A DNA stretch of 64,000 nt from an uncultured Candidatus Competibacteraceae bacterium (GCA_964578885.1 CAZOEO010000005.1:91752-155751), one strand, 5' to 3'. Shown: positions 49,201 to 59,781, counted from the first letter of the stretch. Program-made: numbers and translations. The notes: generated by a model not told the origin, from the sequence alone.

Positions 49201-52200
49201 TTGTATAAATATTTGATGGTAACTTTACGTCTGGTTGATAAAATTGAGGTCTTTATCCGGAAATATTACCGGAATCAGCTTTTGCGTGGCGGTATCCTGG
49301 CTCTCGGCGGATCATTGGCCGTGTTTCTTTCTGCTGCATTGCTGGAATACGTAGGGCAATTTGGACAAACGTCCAGGGCAATTTTATTTTTTGGCGGACT
49401 GGCGGGAATCCTTGGTTTGGCTTCCTGGCTTGTGGCGGGTCCCATTCTTGGCCTCTTGCGCATTGGACGAACTTTGAGCCATGAAGAAGCGGCAAACATC
49501 ATTGGCAAACACTTTCCCGACATCCAAGATGCCTTGCTGAATACCTTGCAGCTGGAAAAAATGAACCAACAGGCGGCACAAAAAAATGAGCTAATCGAAG
49601 CCGCCATCGCTCAAAGGACGGAAAAACTCAACCCCATTCCGTTTCAGCAAGCCGTAGATTTTAGCGTCAATAAAAAATATCTAAAATACGCGCTCATCCC
49701 ATTGGGGATATTGGGCTTTATCCTCATTGGAAAACCAGAAGCCATTACCGGCAGTACGAAGCGATTGGTCGGATTCAATAAGACCTTTAAGCCGGACGTG
49801 GGTTTTGAATTAAATATTTTGAATCCGGACATGGAAGTTCTTGAAAACGAGGATTTCACATTATCCGTAGCAGCAGTGGGCCGTGTGGCTCCGGAAGTGG
49901 TTTATTTGCGTAATGGGGAAAACACTTATCGGATGGAACCCGACGGAAAAGGAAAATTTAAATACACTTTTCGCAGTCCGAAAGAAGACCAGGTCTTTCA
50001 ATTACAGGCCGATGTGTACACCACAGATCCCGTGTATTTACGAGTAGTTCCACGCCCGGCCGTTCTTCACCTGGAAATGTTGCTGGACTTTCCAGATTAT
50101 CTCGGATTACAAAATCAAACATTCGCAAACCGGGGCGATGTAACTGTGCCGGAAGGAACAAAAATCAACTGGCGTATTAAAGCCAGAAAAACGGAAGAAA
50201 TTCACTTTTTATTTCAGGATACATCCCATGTTTTAAAGGGAGAAAAAGATCTTTTTTCGTTTGAACGAAAAATTAGAGTGGAAACGCCATATAAATTGGC
50301 ACCAAGCAATCGATTTGCCGGGAGTCCGGATAGCCAGTCTTACGTGATACGTGTGATACAGGATCAGTTCCCTACAATTCAGGTTCAGGAATGGCGGGAT
50401 AGTCTTTTACCTGGCAGGATTTATTTTCAGGGAAAAGCAGAAGACGATTATGGTTTAAAGCGACTGGTTTTTCGCTTTGCCAAAGGTCAGCAGGAAACAG
50501 CGCCATCTATGAAATCATTTCAATCGGTGGCACTCGCACTTCCCATGGGCATGTCACCGGCACAGAGATTTAACCACATGCTCGATGCCGATGTGCTTTC
50601 CTTATCGGCAGGAGAAACCGTTTGGTACTATTTTGAAGTATGGGACAATGATGGTGTTCGTGGCAGTAAATCTTCCCAGACGCAAATGCAAGCCTTCCGT
50701 TTGCCAACTCAGGAGGAGATTCGTGCGATTCGTCAGGAAGGACAAGCGTCTGTGCAGGCGGGTCTTCAACAAAGTTTGAAAGAAGCGCAAGAAATTCAGG
50801 CGGCGCTGGAAGCCCTTCGTCGGGAAATGTTGCAAAGTCAGGACGTCAATTGGAACCAAAAAGAGAAGCTTCAAGACCTTTTATCCCGCCAAAAAGAGAT
50901 GGAGCAGCGCTTAGATCAAACAAGGCTTCAGCAGCAACAAAACAACGTAAGAGATGAACGTTTAAGCAAGGAAGAGCAGGAAATATTAGATAAACAGAAA
51001 AAATTAGAGGAATTACTTGAAAATATAAGAAGTCAGGACCTCGAAAAGATGCTCAGGGAAATGGAAAAGGCCATGGATCGCATGGACAGGCAGAAGATGC
51101 AAGAACTCATGGATCAGATGCAAATGTCCAATGAAGATTTAAGCAAAGAATTGGACCGATCGCTGGAACTCTACAAACAATTGGCATTGGAACAACAACT
51201 TCGGGATTTAAAGGAAGCGCTGGAAAACCTCGCCAATGAACAGGAAAGGCTGGAGAAAGACACACGCATGAGTCCGGAAGAAAAGGCAAGGCAACAAGCG
51301 GCCTTAGAAAAGCAATTTGAGGCGTTGAAAGAAGAAATGCGCAAGGCTGAAGAACAAAATAAAGGACTCTCTCAACCACGCGACTTACCCAACCAGGAAG
51401 AAAAAGCAAAAGAAACACAGGAGCAAATGCAGCAAGCCAGAGAACAGCTGCAACAGCAAAAAGAGCAAAAGGCACGTTCTTCTCAACAAAAGGCGGCTCA
51501 AAACATGAGGGAAATGGCCCAACAAATGGAGGCCGCTTTAGAACAGGAAGGGCAACAGGAAGAGGATATGGAGGCCTTGCGTCAGTTATTAGAGAATCTG
51601 GTTCGTCTTTCTCTCAATCAGGAGCAGATTATGGAGTCCCTGAAGTCTTACCAAAGAACGGATCCCCGTGTTAGAGATGTGGCAAGAAGTCAACGTAAAC
51701 TGGTGGAAGACGCCAAAGTGGTGGAAGATAGTCTGGAAGCGCTGGCTAAAAGAGTGCTGGAAATAGAAAGCATCATTACCAAAGAAATGCGTGATTTACG
51801 TCGCGACATGCAAAGTAGCATTGCCTTTTTAGGAGAAAGACAAATTCCGCCGGCAGTTCAGCGTCAACAAGGTGCTATGACAGCCGCCAATAACTTAGCA
51901 TTGATGTTAAGTGAAGTGCTGGATCAGATGCGGGAACAACAAAAACAACAGCAGCAAGGGCAAGGAAGTCCGTCCGGGTCTTGTAAAAAGCCCGGCAAAG
52001 CGAGTGGTTCATCCATGCAATCGCTTTTACAAAGGCAGATGGGTGTAGAGAAGCGGATGCAGGAAATCATGGAAAAAATGCGCCAGCAGCAAGCAGAAAG
52101 GCAGCAAGGACGTGAGCAGGGGAAGAAACCCGGTGAGAAGCCCGGCGAACAGAACGGACAAGGCAAACCGGGCGGTCAGGGCGAAGGAAATTCCGGGCAA

Positions 52201-52629
52201 CAGGGAAATCAAGGCAATATGTCCCAGGATTTGGCCAAATTGGCGGCGGAGCAAGAACAAATTCGCCGTGAGTTACAGGGAATGATGCAGCAATTAAACG
52301 AATCCGGACGAAAAATGGCGGGTGAAATCATGCAGAAAATGGAGGAAAATGAGACCGATATTTTGAATCGCCGCATTACAGCTGAAACGTTGAGAAGACA
52401 ACAGGACATTACGCGCCGCATGATGGAATCGGACAAAGCGCAGCGTGAGCAGGAACAAGACGAAAAGCGTCAGGCCAATGAAAATCGCAGGGTTTTTGAT
52501 ATTCAGCAAGAGAAATTAGATGCCTATTTCCGGGCAAAAGCCAGGGAGCAAGAATGGCTACGCACCGTTTCTCCTGCTTTGAAGCCTTTTTACAAAACCA
52601 AAGTTTCCCAATATTTCAACACCTATTAA
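49201..52629 (+). CDS. large membrane-anchored Q/E-rich coiled-coil protein (DUF4175-like)
   Basis: Two or three N-terminal TM helices. A ~500-aa C-terminal region of heptad-like E/Q/K/R-rich repeats and a G/Q/P/K low-complexity stretch. Conserved position upstream of the anti-sigma-factor-like ATPase/ybeY/mnmG block. Confidence 0.5.
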   Translation: MYKYLMVTLRLVDKIEVFIRKYYRNQLLRGGILALGGSLAVFLSAALLEYVGQFGQTSRAILFFGGLAGILGLASWLVAGPILGLLRIGRTLSHEEAANIIGKHFPDIQDALLNTLQLEKMNQQAAQKNELIEAAIAQRTEKLNPIPFQQAVDFSVNKKYLKYALIPLGILGFILIGKPEAITGSTKRLVGFNKTFKPDVGFELNILNPDMEVLENEDFTLSVAAVGRVAPEVVYLRNGENTYRMEPDGKGKFKYTFRSPKEDQVFQLQADVYTTDPVYLRVVPRPAVLHLEMLLDFPDYLGLQNQTFANRGDVTVPEGTKINWRIKARKTEEIHFLFQDTSHVLKGEKDLFSFERKIRVETPYKLAPSNRFAGSPDSQSYVIRVIQDQFPTIQVQEWRDSLLPGRIYFQGKAEDDYGLKRLVFRFAKGQQETAPSMKSFQSVALALPMGMSPAQRFNHMLDADVLSLSAGETVWYYFEVWDNDGVRGSKSSQTQMQAFRLPTQEEIRAIRQEGQASVQAGLQQSLKEAQEIQAALEALRREMLQSQDVNWNQKEKLQDLLSRQKEMEQRLDQTRLQQQQNNVRDERLSKEEQEILDKQKKLEELLENIRSQDLEKMLREMEKAMDRMDRQKMQELMDQMQMSNEDLSKELDRSLELYKQLALEQQLRDLKEALENLANEQERLEKDTRMSPEEKARQQAALEKQFEALKEEMRKAEEQNKGLSQPRDLPNQEEKAKETQEQMQQAREQLQQQKEQKARSSQQKAAQNMREMAQQMEAALEQEGQQEEDMEALRQLLENLVRLSLNQEQIMESLKSYQRTDPRVRDVARSQRKLVEDAKVVEDSLEALAKRVLEIESIITKEMRDLRRDMQSSIAFLGERQIPPAVQRQQGAMTAANNLALMLSEVLDQMREQQKQQQQGQGSPSGSCKKPGKASGSSMQSLLQRQMGVEKRMQEIMEKMRQQQAERQQGREQGKKPGEKPGEQNGQGKPGGQGEGNSGQQGNQGNMSQDLAKLAAEQEQIRRELQGMMQQLNESGRKMAGEIMQKMEENETDILNRRITAETLRRQQDITRRMMESDKAQREQEQDEKRQANENRRVFDIQQEKLDAYFRAKAREQEWLRTVSPALKPFYKTKVSQYFNTY

Positions 52630-52633
52630 CGCA

Positions 52634-53065
52634 ATGAGCGCATTAGATTTCACGCCGGTCGGCTCACCACTGGCTGCTTTGCCTTCCAGCATTGAACAAA
52701 TGGCTGGATTGGAGGAATTGGTTTGGTCGATATTCCATAAATTCGCTCTGCCCGAAGATGCCTTTAGCGTGGTATTTATGGCAGTCACGGAAGCCACCAG
52801 CAATGCTATACGCCATGGAAATGCCACCAATCCGGAGAAACAGGTCAAGTTGTTTGCTGATTGGGATGGAAACATGCTTTATGTGTGTGTAAAAGACGAA
52901 GGCATGGGATTTAATCCAAACACACTCGAAGACCCTACTGACCCCAAAAACATACTGAAAGAAGGCGGTCGTGGCGTATTTCTCATGCGCAAATTTGCAG
53001 ATCATGTGGCTTTCGACGACAACGGGAGCCGCGTAACCATGGCCTTTCGAATGAGTGCAGTATGA
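52634..53065 (+). CDS. HATPase_c-type anti-sigma regulatory factor-like protein (RsbW/SpoIIAB-like Ser/Thr kinase)
   Basis: ATEATSNAIRHG (N-box), DEGMGF (G1), GGRGVFLMRKF (G2). 143 aa. Confidence 0.65.
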   Translation: MSALDFTPVGSPLAALPSSIEQMAGLEELVWSIFHKFALPEDAFSVVFMAVTEATSNAIRHGNATNPEKQVKLFADWDGNMLYVCVKDEGMGFNPNTLEDPTDPKNILKEGGRGVFLMRKFADHVAFDDNGSRVTMAFRMSAV

Positions 53066-53484
53066 TTACATGGATTCAGGGGGAAGGCATGGCTTTCCGC
53101 GTACGAGAGGCTGGAAAAGTGAAATCGTGGCTATTGAATGAGATTTCGATTCGCGGTCATCAGTCAGACCGCATTCAAATGGTTTGGATGAACGATTCCG
53201 GCATTCATGAAATGAACAAGCAGTTTCTTCAGCACGATTATCCGACGGACATCATTACTTTCGACTATTCGGAAGGGGAAGGACCATTACGTGGTGAGCT
53301 CTATATTTCCATTGATAGGGTAAAAGACCAATCCAAAACCTGGGAAACCACCTTTCGGGATGAATTGCATCGCGTCATGGTGCATGGCATTCTTCATTTA
53401 ATGGGCTACGACGATAAAGATCCAGAATCGCAAGCTGAAATGCGAAAGGAAGAAGACATTGCTTTATCACGAAGAGGATTTTGA
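53062..53484 (+). CDS. ybeY: rRNA maturation endoribonuclease YbeY
   Basis: HxxxHxxxxxH metal motif HRVMVHGILHLMGYDD. 140 aa. Confidence 0.85.
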   Translation: MITWIQGEGMAFRVREAGKVKSWLLNEISIRGHQSDRIQMVWMNDSGIHEMNKQFLQHDYPTDIITFDYSEGEGPLRGELYISIDRVKDQSKTWETTFRDELHRVMVHGILHLMGYDDKDPESQAEMRKEEDIALSRRGF

Positions 53485-53993
53485 TGGAAACGGAAGTCAT
53501 CTGGATTTGGCAACTCCTGGCTTTATGCATTTGGGTACTTGGTGTGGCGGGATCATTCCTCCCGGTACTTCCTGGCTCAATACTTGCCTACGCATCGCTT
53601 TGGATTTATTTTTTTCTTCCTGAGCCATTCAGCATTTCCTGGCCATGGCTTGTTTTTTGGGGAATCCTCACGGCACTGGTCATGTTATTAGATTTCATTT
53701 TACCCGGCATGCTGGTCAAACGATTCAAAGGAAGTAAAGCCGCCATTTCGGGAGCGAACTGGGGTGCCATTGTCGGCTTATTCATGGGTCCGCCCGGAAT
53801 CATCCTCGGACCATTGGCTGGCGCCATTCTTGGAGAACTTTCTCAAAAGAAAACATTACACCAGGCCATTTCCTCCGGACTTGCTGCGTTTTTTGCATTT
53901 TTCCTCGGAACCGGCATCAAACTAATTGTAGCAGCAGGCATCGGCATTCATGTGTTTATGAATCTCGGACAACTCGTGTTTTCCATGACCTAA
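53481..53993 (+). CDS. DUF456-like small membrane protein
   Basis: Four TM helices. Conserved synteny between ybeY and mnmG in Bacteroidota. Confidence 0.5.
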   Translation: MMETEVIWIWQLLALCIWVLGVAGSFLPVLPGSILAYASLWIYFFLPEPFSISWPWLVFWGILTALVMLLDFILPGMLVKRFKGSKAAISGANWGAIVGLFMGPPGIILGPLAGAILGELSQKKTLHQAISSGLAAFFAFFLGTGIKLIVAAGIGIHVFMNLGQLVFSMT

Positions 53994-54050
53994 TTTTTAT
54001 TTTTGCTCTCTGTTGACATAAATGTTCCACGTGGAACAATCTAAAAAATC

Positions 54051-55922
54051 ATGTTACCAACATACGACGTAATTGTAGTAGGCGCCGGACATGCCGGATG
54101 CGAAGCAGCACATGCCGCAGGGAAACTTGGATCAAAGACCCTTTTAATTACCATGGATATGGGACGAATGGGGCAAATGTCCTGCAATCCGGCCATGGGT
54201 GGAATTGCCAAAGGACAAATCATTCGGGAAATTGATGCGCTCGGCGGAATGTCCGGGATCGTTTCGGATGAATCCCTCATTCAGTTCAGAATGTTGAATC
54301 GGTCTAAAGGACCAGCCATGTGGAGTCCCCGAACACAAAATGACCGGGAACTCTTTAACACAACCTGGAGAAAATATCTGGAACTAAATCCCAACGTAGA
54401 TTTTTGGCAAGATATGGTCGTAGCCATCCAGATAGAAAATGGACAAGCCAAAGGTGTGATTACCCAGATGGGAATCCATATCCAGGCCAAAACCGTTATC
54501 CTGACTTCAGGTACATTTTTGAACGGTGTTATCCACATCGGAGAAAAAAGATTCGGAGGAGGAAGAGCAGGAGAAAAAGCAGCTACAGGCATTACGGAAC
54601 AATTGGTGGAACTTGGATTTCGCGCCGGACGAATGAAAACAGGAACACCACCACGTGTAGATGGAAGAAGCCTTGATTATGCACAAATGGAAATCCAGGA
54701 AGGCGACCCGGATATCCAGGGATTCTCTTTCTTAGACACCAGCAAACCTCTAACCCAAAGACCATGTCATATCACCTATACCAACAGCAAGGTTCATGAC
54801 ATTTTACGAACCGGATTCGACAAATCTCCCATGTTCAATGGACGCATTCAAGGACTCGGTCCCAGATACTGCCCATCCATAGAAGATAAAATTGACCGAT
54901 TCGCAGATAAAGACCGACACCAACTCTTTGTGGAACCAGAAGGATGGAATACCGTGGAAATCTATGTAAATGGTTTTTCCTCATCCCTGCCAGAAGATGT
55001 TCAACTAAAAGCAATGCAGCAAGTACCCGGATTCCAGCATGCACGCATGTTTAGACCAGGTTATGCCATCGAATACGATTATTTCCCACCTGAACAATTG
55101 CTCCATACCCTGCAAACCAAACTGGTCAGTCATTTATTCTTTGCAGGACAAATCAACGGAACCACCGGCTACGAAGAAGCGGCATGTCAGGGACTCATGG
55201 CCGGCATAAACGCTCACCAAAAAGCACAGGGATTAGATGAAGTGGTATTATCCAGAAGCGATGCCTATATCGGTGTACTCATCGACGACCTCATCACCAA
55301 AGGCACCGATGAACCTTACCGCATGTTCACATCCAGGGCGGAATACCGCATTTTACTGCGACAAGATAACGCGGATGAAAGATTAACACCCCTCGGTTAC
55401 GCCATCGGATTGGCAGGAGAAGAGCGCTGGAATCGACTCCAGACCAAAAGAGAAATGACCCGGGAAACAGAAAAAATCCTGAAACAAACCAGCCTTTCCC
55501 CCGAAGACATAAATCCTATTCTAGAAGCTGCAGAAGCCAAACCCATCGACCAAAAAGTAAAAGCCATCTCATTGGTTGGTCGGCCACAAATAGGCATCGG
55601 AGCGCTTTTACCTTGCTTACCTGAACTCCAAAATATGCTGAATTCGCATGGCCGACTTGCCTACGAAAGCATGGACCAATGCGAAATAAATGTGAAATAC
55701 CAAGGTTATCTGAATCGGGAAAAAGAACAAGCAGAGAAAATGGCCAGACTGGATTATGTGAAACTTCCCAAGGATTTCGAATACCATAAACTCACCTCCC
55801 TCTCTATGGAGGCCAGACAAAAACTCGCCCACCACCAACCTGAAAATCTCGGACAAGCATCGCGAATTTCCGGAATATCACCGGCAGACATTTCTGTCCT
55901 TATGATTTATATGGGAAGGTAA
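54051..55922 (+). CDS. mnmG: tRNA uridine 5-carboxymethylaminomethyl modification enzyme MnmG (GidA)
   Basis: N-terminal FAD-binding YDVIVVGAGHAGCEAA. Full-length colinear MnmG motifs. Confidence 0.95.
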   Translation: MLPTYDVIVVGAGHAGCEAAHAAGKLGSKTLLITMDMGRMGQMSCNPAMGGIAKGQIIREIDALGGMSGIVSDESLIQFRMLNRSKGPAMWSPRTQNDRELFNTTWRKYLELNPNVDFWQDMVVAIQIENGQAKGVITQMGIHIQAKTVILTSGTFLNGVIHIGEKRFGGGRAGEKAATGITEQLVELGFRAGRMKTGTPPRVDGRSLDYAQMEIQEGDPDIQGFSFLDTSKPLTQRPCHITYTNSKVHDILRTGFDKSPMFNGRIQGLGPRYCPSIEDKIDRFADKDRHQLFVEPEGWNTVEIYVNGFSSSLPEDVQLKAMQQVPGFQHARMFRPGYAIEYDYFPPEQLLHTLQTKLVSHLFFAGQINGTTGYEEAACQGLMAGINAHQKAQGLDEVVLSRSDAYIGVLIDDLITKGTDEPYRMFTSRAEYRILLRQDNADERLTPLGYAIGLAGEERWNRLQTKREMTRETEKILKQTSLSPEDINPILEAAEAKPIDQKVKAISLVGRPQIGIGALLPCLPELQNMLNSHGRLAYESMDQCEINVKYQGYLNREKEQAEKMARLDYVKLPKDFEYHKLTSLSMEARQKLAHHQPENLGQASRISGISPADISVLMIYMGR

Positions 55923-55925
55923 AAA

Positions 55926-55971
55926 GACCCAATTGGAAAAAGACCTATGGTTTTCATGGGTCTTTTTTTTT
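55926..55971 (+). terminator. rho-independent terminator after mnmG
   Basis: agaccca...tgggtct stem followed by T9. Confidence 0.6.
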
Positions 55972-56010
55972 GACATCAACTGAAAAAAGGAAAAAGAATG
56001 GGCTTTGAGA

Positions 56011-56049
56011 AAATAAAAAAAAGGCCCTCCGTCTTAAACGAAGAAGCCT
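56011..56049 (-). terminator. putative rho-independent terminator after pheS
   Basis: On the minus strand: GGCUUCUUCGUUUAAGACGGAGGGCC hairpin (with G-U pairs) followed by a U-run. Confidence 0.35.
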
Positions 56050-56164
56050 TTTTCACTAAAAATGCGTTATGGTGTCATTAAGCCTGCAATCATTTCTTTT
56101 TAAGCACTTTAAAAAATAAGCTCATTTTCAAAAATCGCTAAAAAAGAACAAGCCTTCACCAAAA

Positions 56165-57142
56165 TCAGAATTGCTTGAGGAATCGAAGGTCATTTTCATA
56201 AAAAAGACGGATATCCTTAATGCCGTAACGCAACATGGCCATTCTTTCGATTCCCATTCCAAAAGCGTATCCGGTGTAAACCGAAGCATCGATGCCACAA
56301 TTTTCCAACACGTTTGGATCTACCATGCCACAACCTAAAATCTCCATCCATTTAAAATCCGTTCCTTTTCCCCAGCCAATATCCATTTCTGCACTAGGTT
56401 CGGTAAATGGAAAATAACTTGGACGAAAACGAACTTGCGTTTTTCCAGGAAAAAAGCGGGATACAAAATAAAAGAGTACCTCTTTTAAGTCGGCAAAAGA
56501 AACGTTCTTATCTACATACAGACCTTCAATCTGATGAAAGACAGGAGAGTGTGTAGCATCTGAATCACAACGATACACCCGGCCAGGCGCAATAACACGA
56601 ATGGGTGGTTGTGAATTTAACATGGAACGTACCTGAACACCACTCGTATGCGTACGTAAAACCGCATCAGAATCGTTTTCTACGAAAAAAGTGTCCTGCA
56701 TATCGCGCGCAGGATGATCTTCCGGGAAATTGAGCGCAGTGAAGTTGTACCACTCCGATTCAATCTCCGGACCATCTGCTACAGAGAAACCCAAATCCCT
56801 AAAAATACCGGAAACCTCGTCCCTGATTTGAGTCAACGGATGAAGATGACCAGTAAAAGTTTGATTACCAGGTAAAGTAGGATCGAAATCGAAACCCTTT
56901 CCTTGTTGATCAAGCGCATCGATGGCCTCCTGCAAACGCTGTTGGGCCAATTGTTTCAACGCATTCAGGGGCGCGCCAATTTCCTTTTTCTCAGGACCGC
57001 CCAACGTTCTAAACTGCTCGAACATGGCCGTAATGACCCCATTTTTTCCGGAATAAAGACGTCTGAACTCATCCAGTGCATCTTTACCTTTAAAGGTAAA
57101 ACTCCGGACTTCCGCTTCTACGCGCAAAATATCTGCAATCAT
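56165..57142 (-). CDS. pheS: phenylalanine--tRNA ligase alpha subunit
   Basis: Class II aaRS motifs (FPFTEPSAEMDI, GCGMVDPNVL, GMGIERMAML). Confidence 0.9.
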   Translation of the reverse strand: MIADILRVEAEVRSFTFKGKDALDEFRRLYSGKNGVITAMFEQFRTLGGPEKKEIGAPLNALKQLAQQRLQEAIDALDQQGKGFDFDPTLPGNQTFTGHLHPLTQIRDEVSGIFRDLGFSVADGPEIESEWYNFTALNFPEDHPARDMQDTFFVENDSDAVLRTHTSGVQVRSMLNSQPPIRVIAPGRVYRCDSDATHSPVFHQIEGLYVDKNVSFADLKEVLFYFVSRFFPGKTQVRFRPSYFPFTEPSAEMDIGWGKGTDFKWMEILGCGMVDPNVLENCGIDASVYTGYAFGMGIERMAMLRYGIKDIRLFYENDLRFLKQF

Positions 57143-57319
57143 GAGGTAAAATTAAAACAAAAATCGCAGGTTCATTTCACCGAACCATCCAGAGAACATG
57201 AATACTTGAAAAAGCATGAAAAAACACGTTCAGAATGGAATACAAAAAACCAACTTCATACAGTAATTTTTTCAATTCAAAAAAAAAAGCTAATTTTGAT
57301 AGATAGTGCTCCTATATCT

Positions 57320-57736
57320 ATGTTGAAAAGATTCACCTCCCTTGCTTTATTTGGCTTAAGCCTTACCCTTGCTGGTTGTTACAGCAGCCCTGAACCCGGG
57401 GTGGCGGTGATTACCGTATTGGATGCAAACGATTTCCGCGTACCGGAAGCAGAAGTACGTTTTTATCAATCGGGCGCAAGTGTTGGCACACAGATAGGCA
57501 TTATTGACCAAATGCGTTTCACAAACCTTCAAGGTGTATGTACTTTCATCCATGGCAAAAGTTCATACCAAGTGATTGATGAGGATTCTGGACGCAGCTT
57601 AGTCGCTTTATGCGGAGATGACGCTTATTGTGAAGTTATTTTAAACGTAACAGCCACGGCGCAGAATAAATTCGGAACCACCATTGTACGGATTAAACCC
57701 GGAGAAACCATTCAGGAAACGGTTCGGATTTATTAA
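57320..57736 (+). CDS. hypothetical lipoprotein
   Basis: MLKRFTSLALFGLSLTLAGC signal peptide with lipobox. The longer ORF from 56903 runs antisense to pheS and is rejected. Confidence 0.4.
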   Translation: MLKRFTSLALFGLSLTLAGCYSSPEPGVAVITVLDANDFRVPEAEVRFYQSGASVGTQIGIIDQMRFTNLQGVCTFIHGKSSYQVIDEDSGRSLVALCGDDAYCEVILNVTATAQNKFGTTIVRIKPGETIQETVRIY

Positions 57737-57784
57737 AAAGAAACTTCTTTCACATAAAAAAGCCCCTTGATTGGGGCTTTTCTT

Positions 57785-59191
57785 TTACCAGTCGGTTCGA
57801 TGGCGATTCGCAAAAAACCACGCGGATTGTAGAATAATATGCGTATTGTCTTTTAACCTTTTAGCCTGAATTTTATCCCATGTATCGTTTGGGGTATGAT
57901 AATCTGCATGCAAACCGGAAAAATAAAAAATGGCCGGAATGCCTTTTTGACAAAAGGAATAATGATCTGATCTTTCATACAAACGCATGGGATGCTCCGG
58001 ATCGTTGTAATGGTAATCGGCAGTAAAACCAACTTCCTGCAACAAAGAATCAGATAAACGGTGCACACCTTGGGAAATGCGATCTGACCCAATCAAATAA
58101 AGATAACTTTCCTGCACATGATGCGCTTCGTCGTTTCGGCCAATCATATCGATATTCAGGTTCAAAACGATTTGGGAAAGTGGGATGGTGGGATGTTTCA
58201 CAAAATACTCAGAACCCAGGAGACCCATTTCCTCGCCACTAAAAGCAATAAACAGCAAAGATCTGCGGGGTCCCAGACCTTCTTTGGCCAATTGAGAAAA
58301 AACCCGACTTATCGTCAATAAAGCGGCCGTGCCGGAACCATTGTCATCTGCGCCATAATACGTCTTTCCATTTCGCACACCCAAATGATCATAATGGGCA
58401 GACATCACCACAAACTCATGCGCCAGATCTGTGCCTGGCAACAAGGCCCAAACATTCTCACCTTCCGGAAGATCTTGTTTTACATGTAGATAAAAACCCT
58501 TTTTATGCTTTTTCACCCAATCTAATACCTCCGGCTGAATGAGCGCATAGGGAATGGAATTGGCATTAAAATCATCCCGAAATCTAAGTTTGGCCTTTCG
58601 GTCCAACCCACTGAGCACACTTTGAAAGGCAGGTGGGACACCAAGAAAAAATGCTGCCACGGCTCCATGCTTTTTGGCGGCGCGCAAACGCAATTCCGGA
58701 TAAGCCATCCATTCCTTTTCAACGTTTGAAATGGCTTCGAACACACCATCGAACAAGACCAGTTTTCCTTTGACGCGTTTGGAAAAATCCCGAAGATTCA
58801 GGGTATCCAATCCACGACCTACGTGCACGATTTCAGGAATAAAATAAGAGCCGGTGGGAAAACCGCCCAAAGAGGTGATGCCCGTAAAAAGTGTATCAGA
58901 ACCTGCCACCAGAAAAATCGAAGCTTTAGGCGGAAGACGATCGGCCAGGGAAAAAGGTTGAAAACCCGTTTTTAAGCCTTGGCTTGCCCATACTTTTTGA
59001 ATATATCGGGCCGCTACACGCGCACCATCGGCATGGGAAGCCCGGCCTGCGCAGGAATCACTCGCTAAAAATCTGAGATGATGCATGATTTCACCCGTAT
59101 CTGGGGCATGATGCAGCAACAGTCCCTCAGGAAAGTTTTGAGCCCAGATAGATTGAAATAAAAGCCCTAAAATGAGACATAAACGTTTCAT
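57785..59191 (-). CDS. M28 family zinc peptidase
   Basis: Signal peptide. HYDHLG, GADDNGSGTAALL, FSGEEMGLLGS metal-ligand motifs. Confidence 0.8.
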   Translation of the reverse strand: MKRLCLILGLLFQSIWAQNFPEGLLLHHAPDTGEIMHHLRFLASDSCAGRASHADGARVAARYIQKVWASQGLKTGFQPFSLADRLPPKASIFLVAGSDTLFTGITSLGGFPTGSYFIPEIVHVGRGLDTLNLRDFSKRVKGKLVLFDGVFEAISNVEKEWMAYPELRLRAAKKHGAVAAFFLGVPPAFQSVLSGLDRKAKLRFRDDFNANSIPYALIQPEVLDWVKKHKKGFYLHVKQDLPEGENVWALLPGTDLAHEFVVMSAHYDHLGVRNGKTYYGADDNGSGTAALLTISRVFSQLAKEGLGPRRSLLFIAFSGEEMGLLGSEYFVKHPTIPLSQIVLNLNIDMIGRNDEAHHVQESYLYLIGSDRISQGVHRLSDSLLQEVGFTADYHYNDPEHPMRLYERSDHYSFCQKGIPAIFYFSGLHADYHTPNDTWDKIQAKRLKDNTHIILQSAWFFANRHRTDW

Positions 59192-59640
59192 GAACAGCTT
59201 ATTTTTTCTACACGATCACCATGACGACCCCCTTCGAAAGGAGTTTGAAGAAAGGCCAGAATGCAGGCCCTGGCTTTTTCTTCATCCATGAAACGAGCAG
59301 GCAAAGCCAGCACATTTGCATTATTATGAGAACGTGCCAGTTCAGCAATTTCCGGATCCCAAACCAAAGCGGAACGTACGCCTTGATGCTTATTGGCGGT
59401 GATGTTCACACCCTGTCCGCTTCCACAAATAAGAATACCCAGCGGAAAATCACCGTTTTCCACAGCTTGGGCTAATGGATGCGCCACGTCCGGGTAATCC
59501 ATTCTTTCTTCAGAGTATGTACCAAAATCATTGATTTCAAATCCTAAATCCTTTAAAAAAGGGAGCAAGGTCTGTTTAAGCGAGAAACCGGCGTGGTCTG
59601 CACCAATGGCCAGTTTTTTTGGAAAAGCAAATGCCGTCAT
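59188..59640 (-). CDS. rpiB: ribose-5-phosphate isomerase B
   Basis: KLAIGADHAG and ICGSGQGVNITANK motifs. Start refined to Met at 59640. 4-nt overlap with the M28 gene. Confidence 0.85.
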   Translation of the reverse strand: MTAFAFPKKLAIGADHAGFSLKQTLLPFLKDLGFEINDFGTYSEERMDYPDVAHPLAQAVENGDFPLGILICGSGQGVNITANKHQGVRSALVWDPEIAELARSHNNANVLALPARFMDEEKARACILAFLQTPFEGGRHGDRVEKISCS

Positions 59641-59781
59641 GACGTGAAAAAACCTGTTTATATCTTCTACAAACTTCCGCAAAATCTTATTTGGAAGATT
59701 GAAAAAAAATCGCAGGGAGGAAAAAAATCAGAAAACCATGCGTGAACCAAAGAAAAAGATGAAGAAGATATACAGCAGTTC

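Noticed and set aside
51107-52509. Several Cys/Leu/Phe-rich minus-strand ORFs (51107-51475, 51924-52166, 52027-52260, 52209-52436, 52294-52509)
   Set aside because: Reverse-frame artefacts of the Q/E/K-rich coiled-coil coding region (GAA/CAG-rich codons read antisense as TTC/CTG).
56903-57319. N-terminal 139 codons of the 277-aa + strand ORF 56903-57736
   Set aside because: This part runs antisense through the 5' end of pheS. A signal peptide/lipobox begins at the internal Met at 57320, so only 57320-57736 is called.
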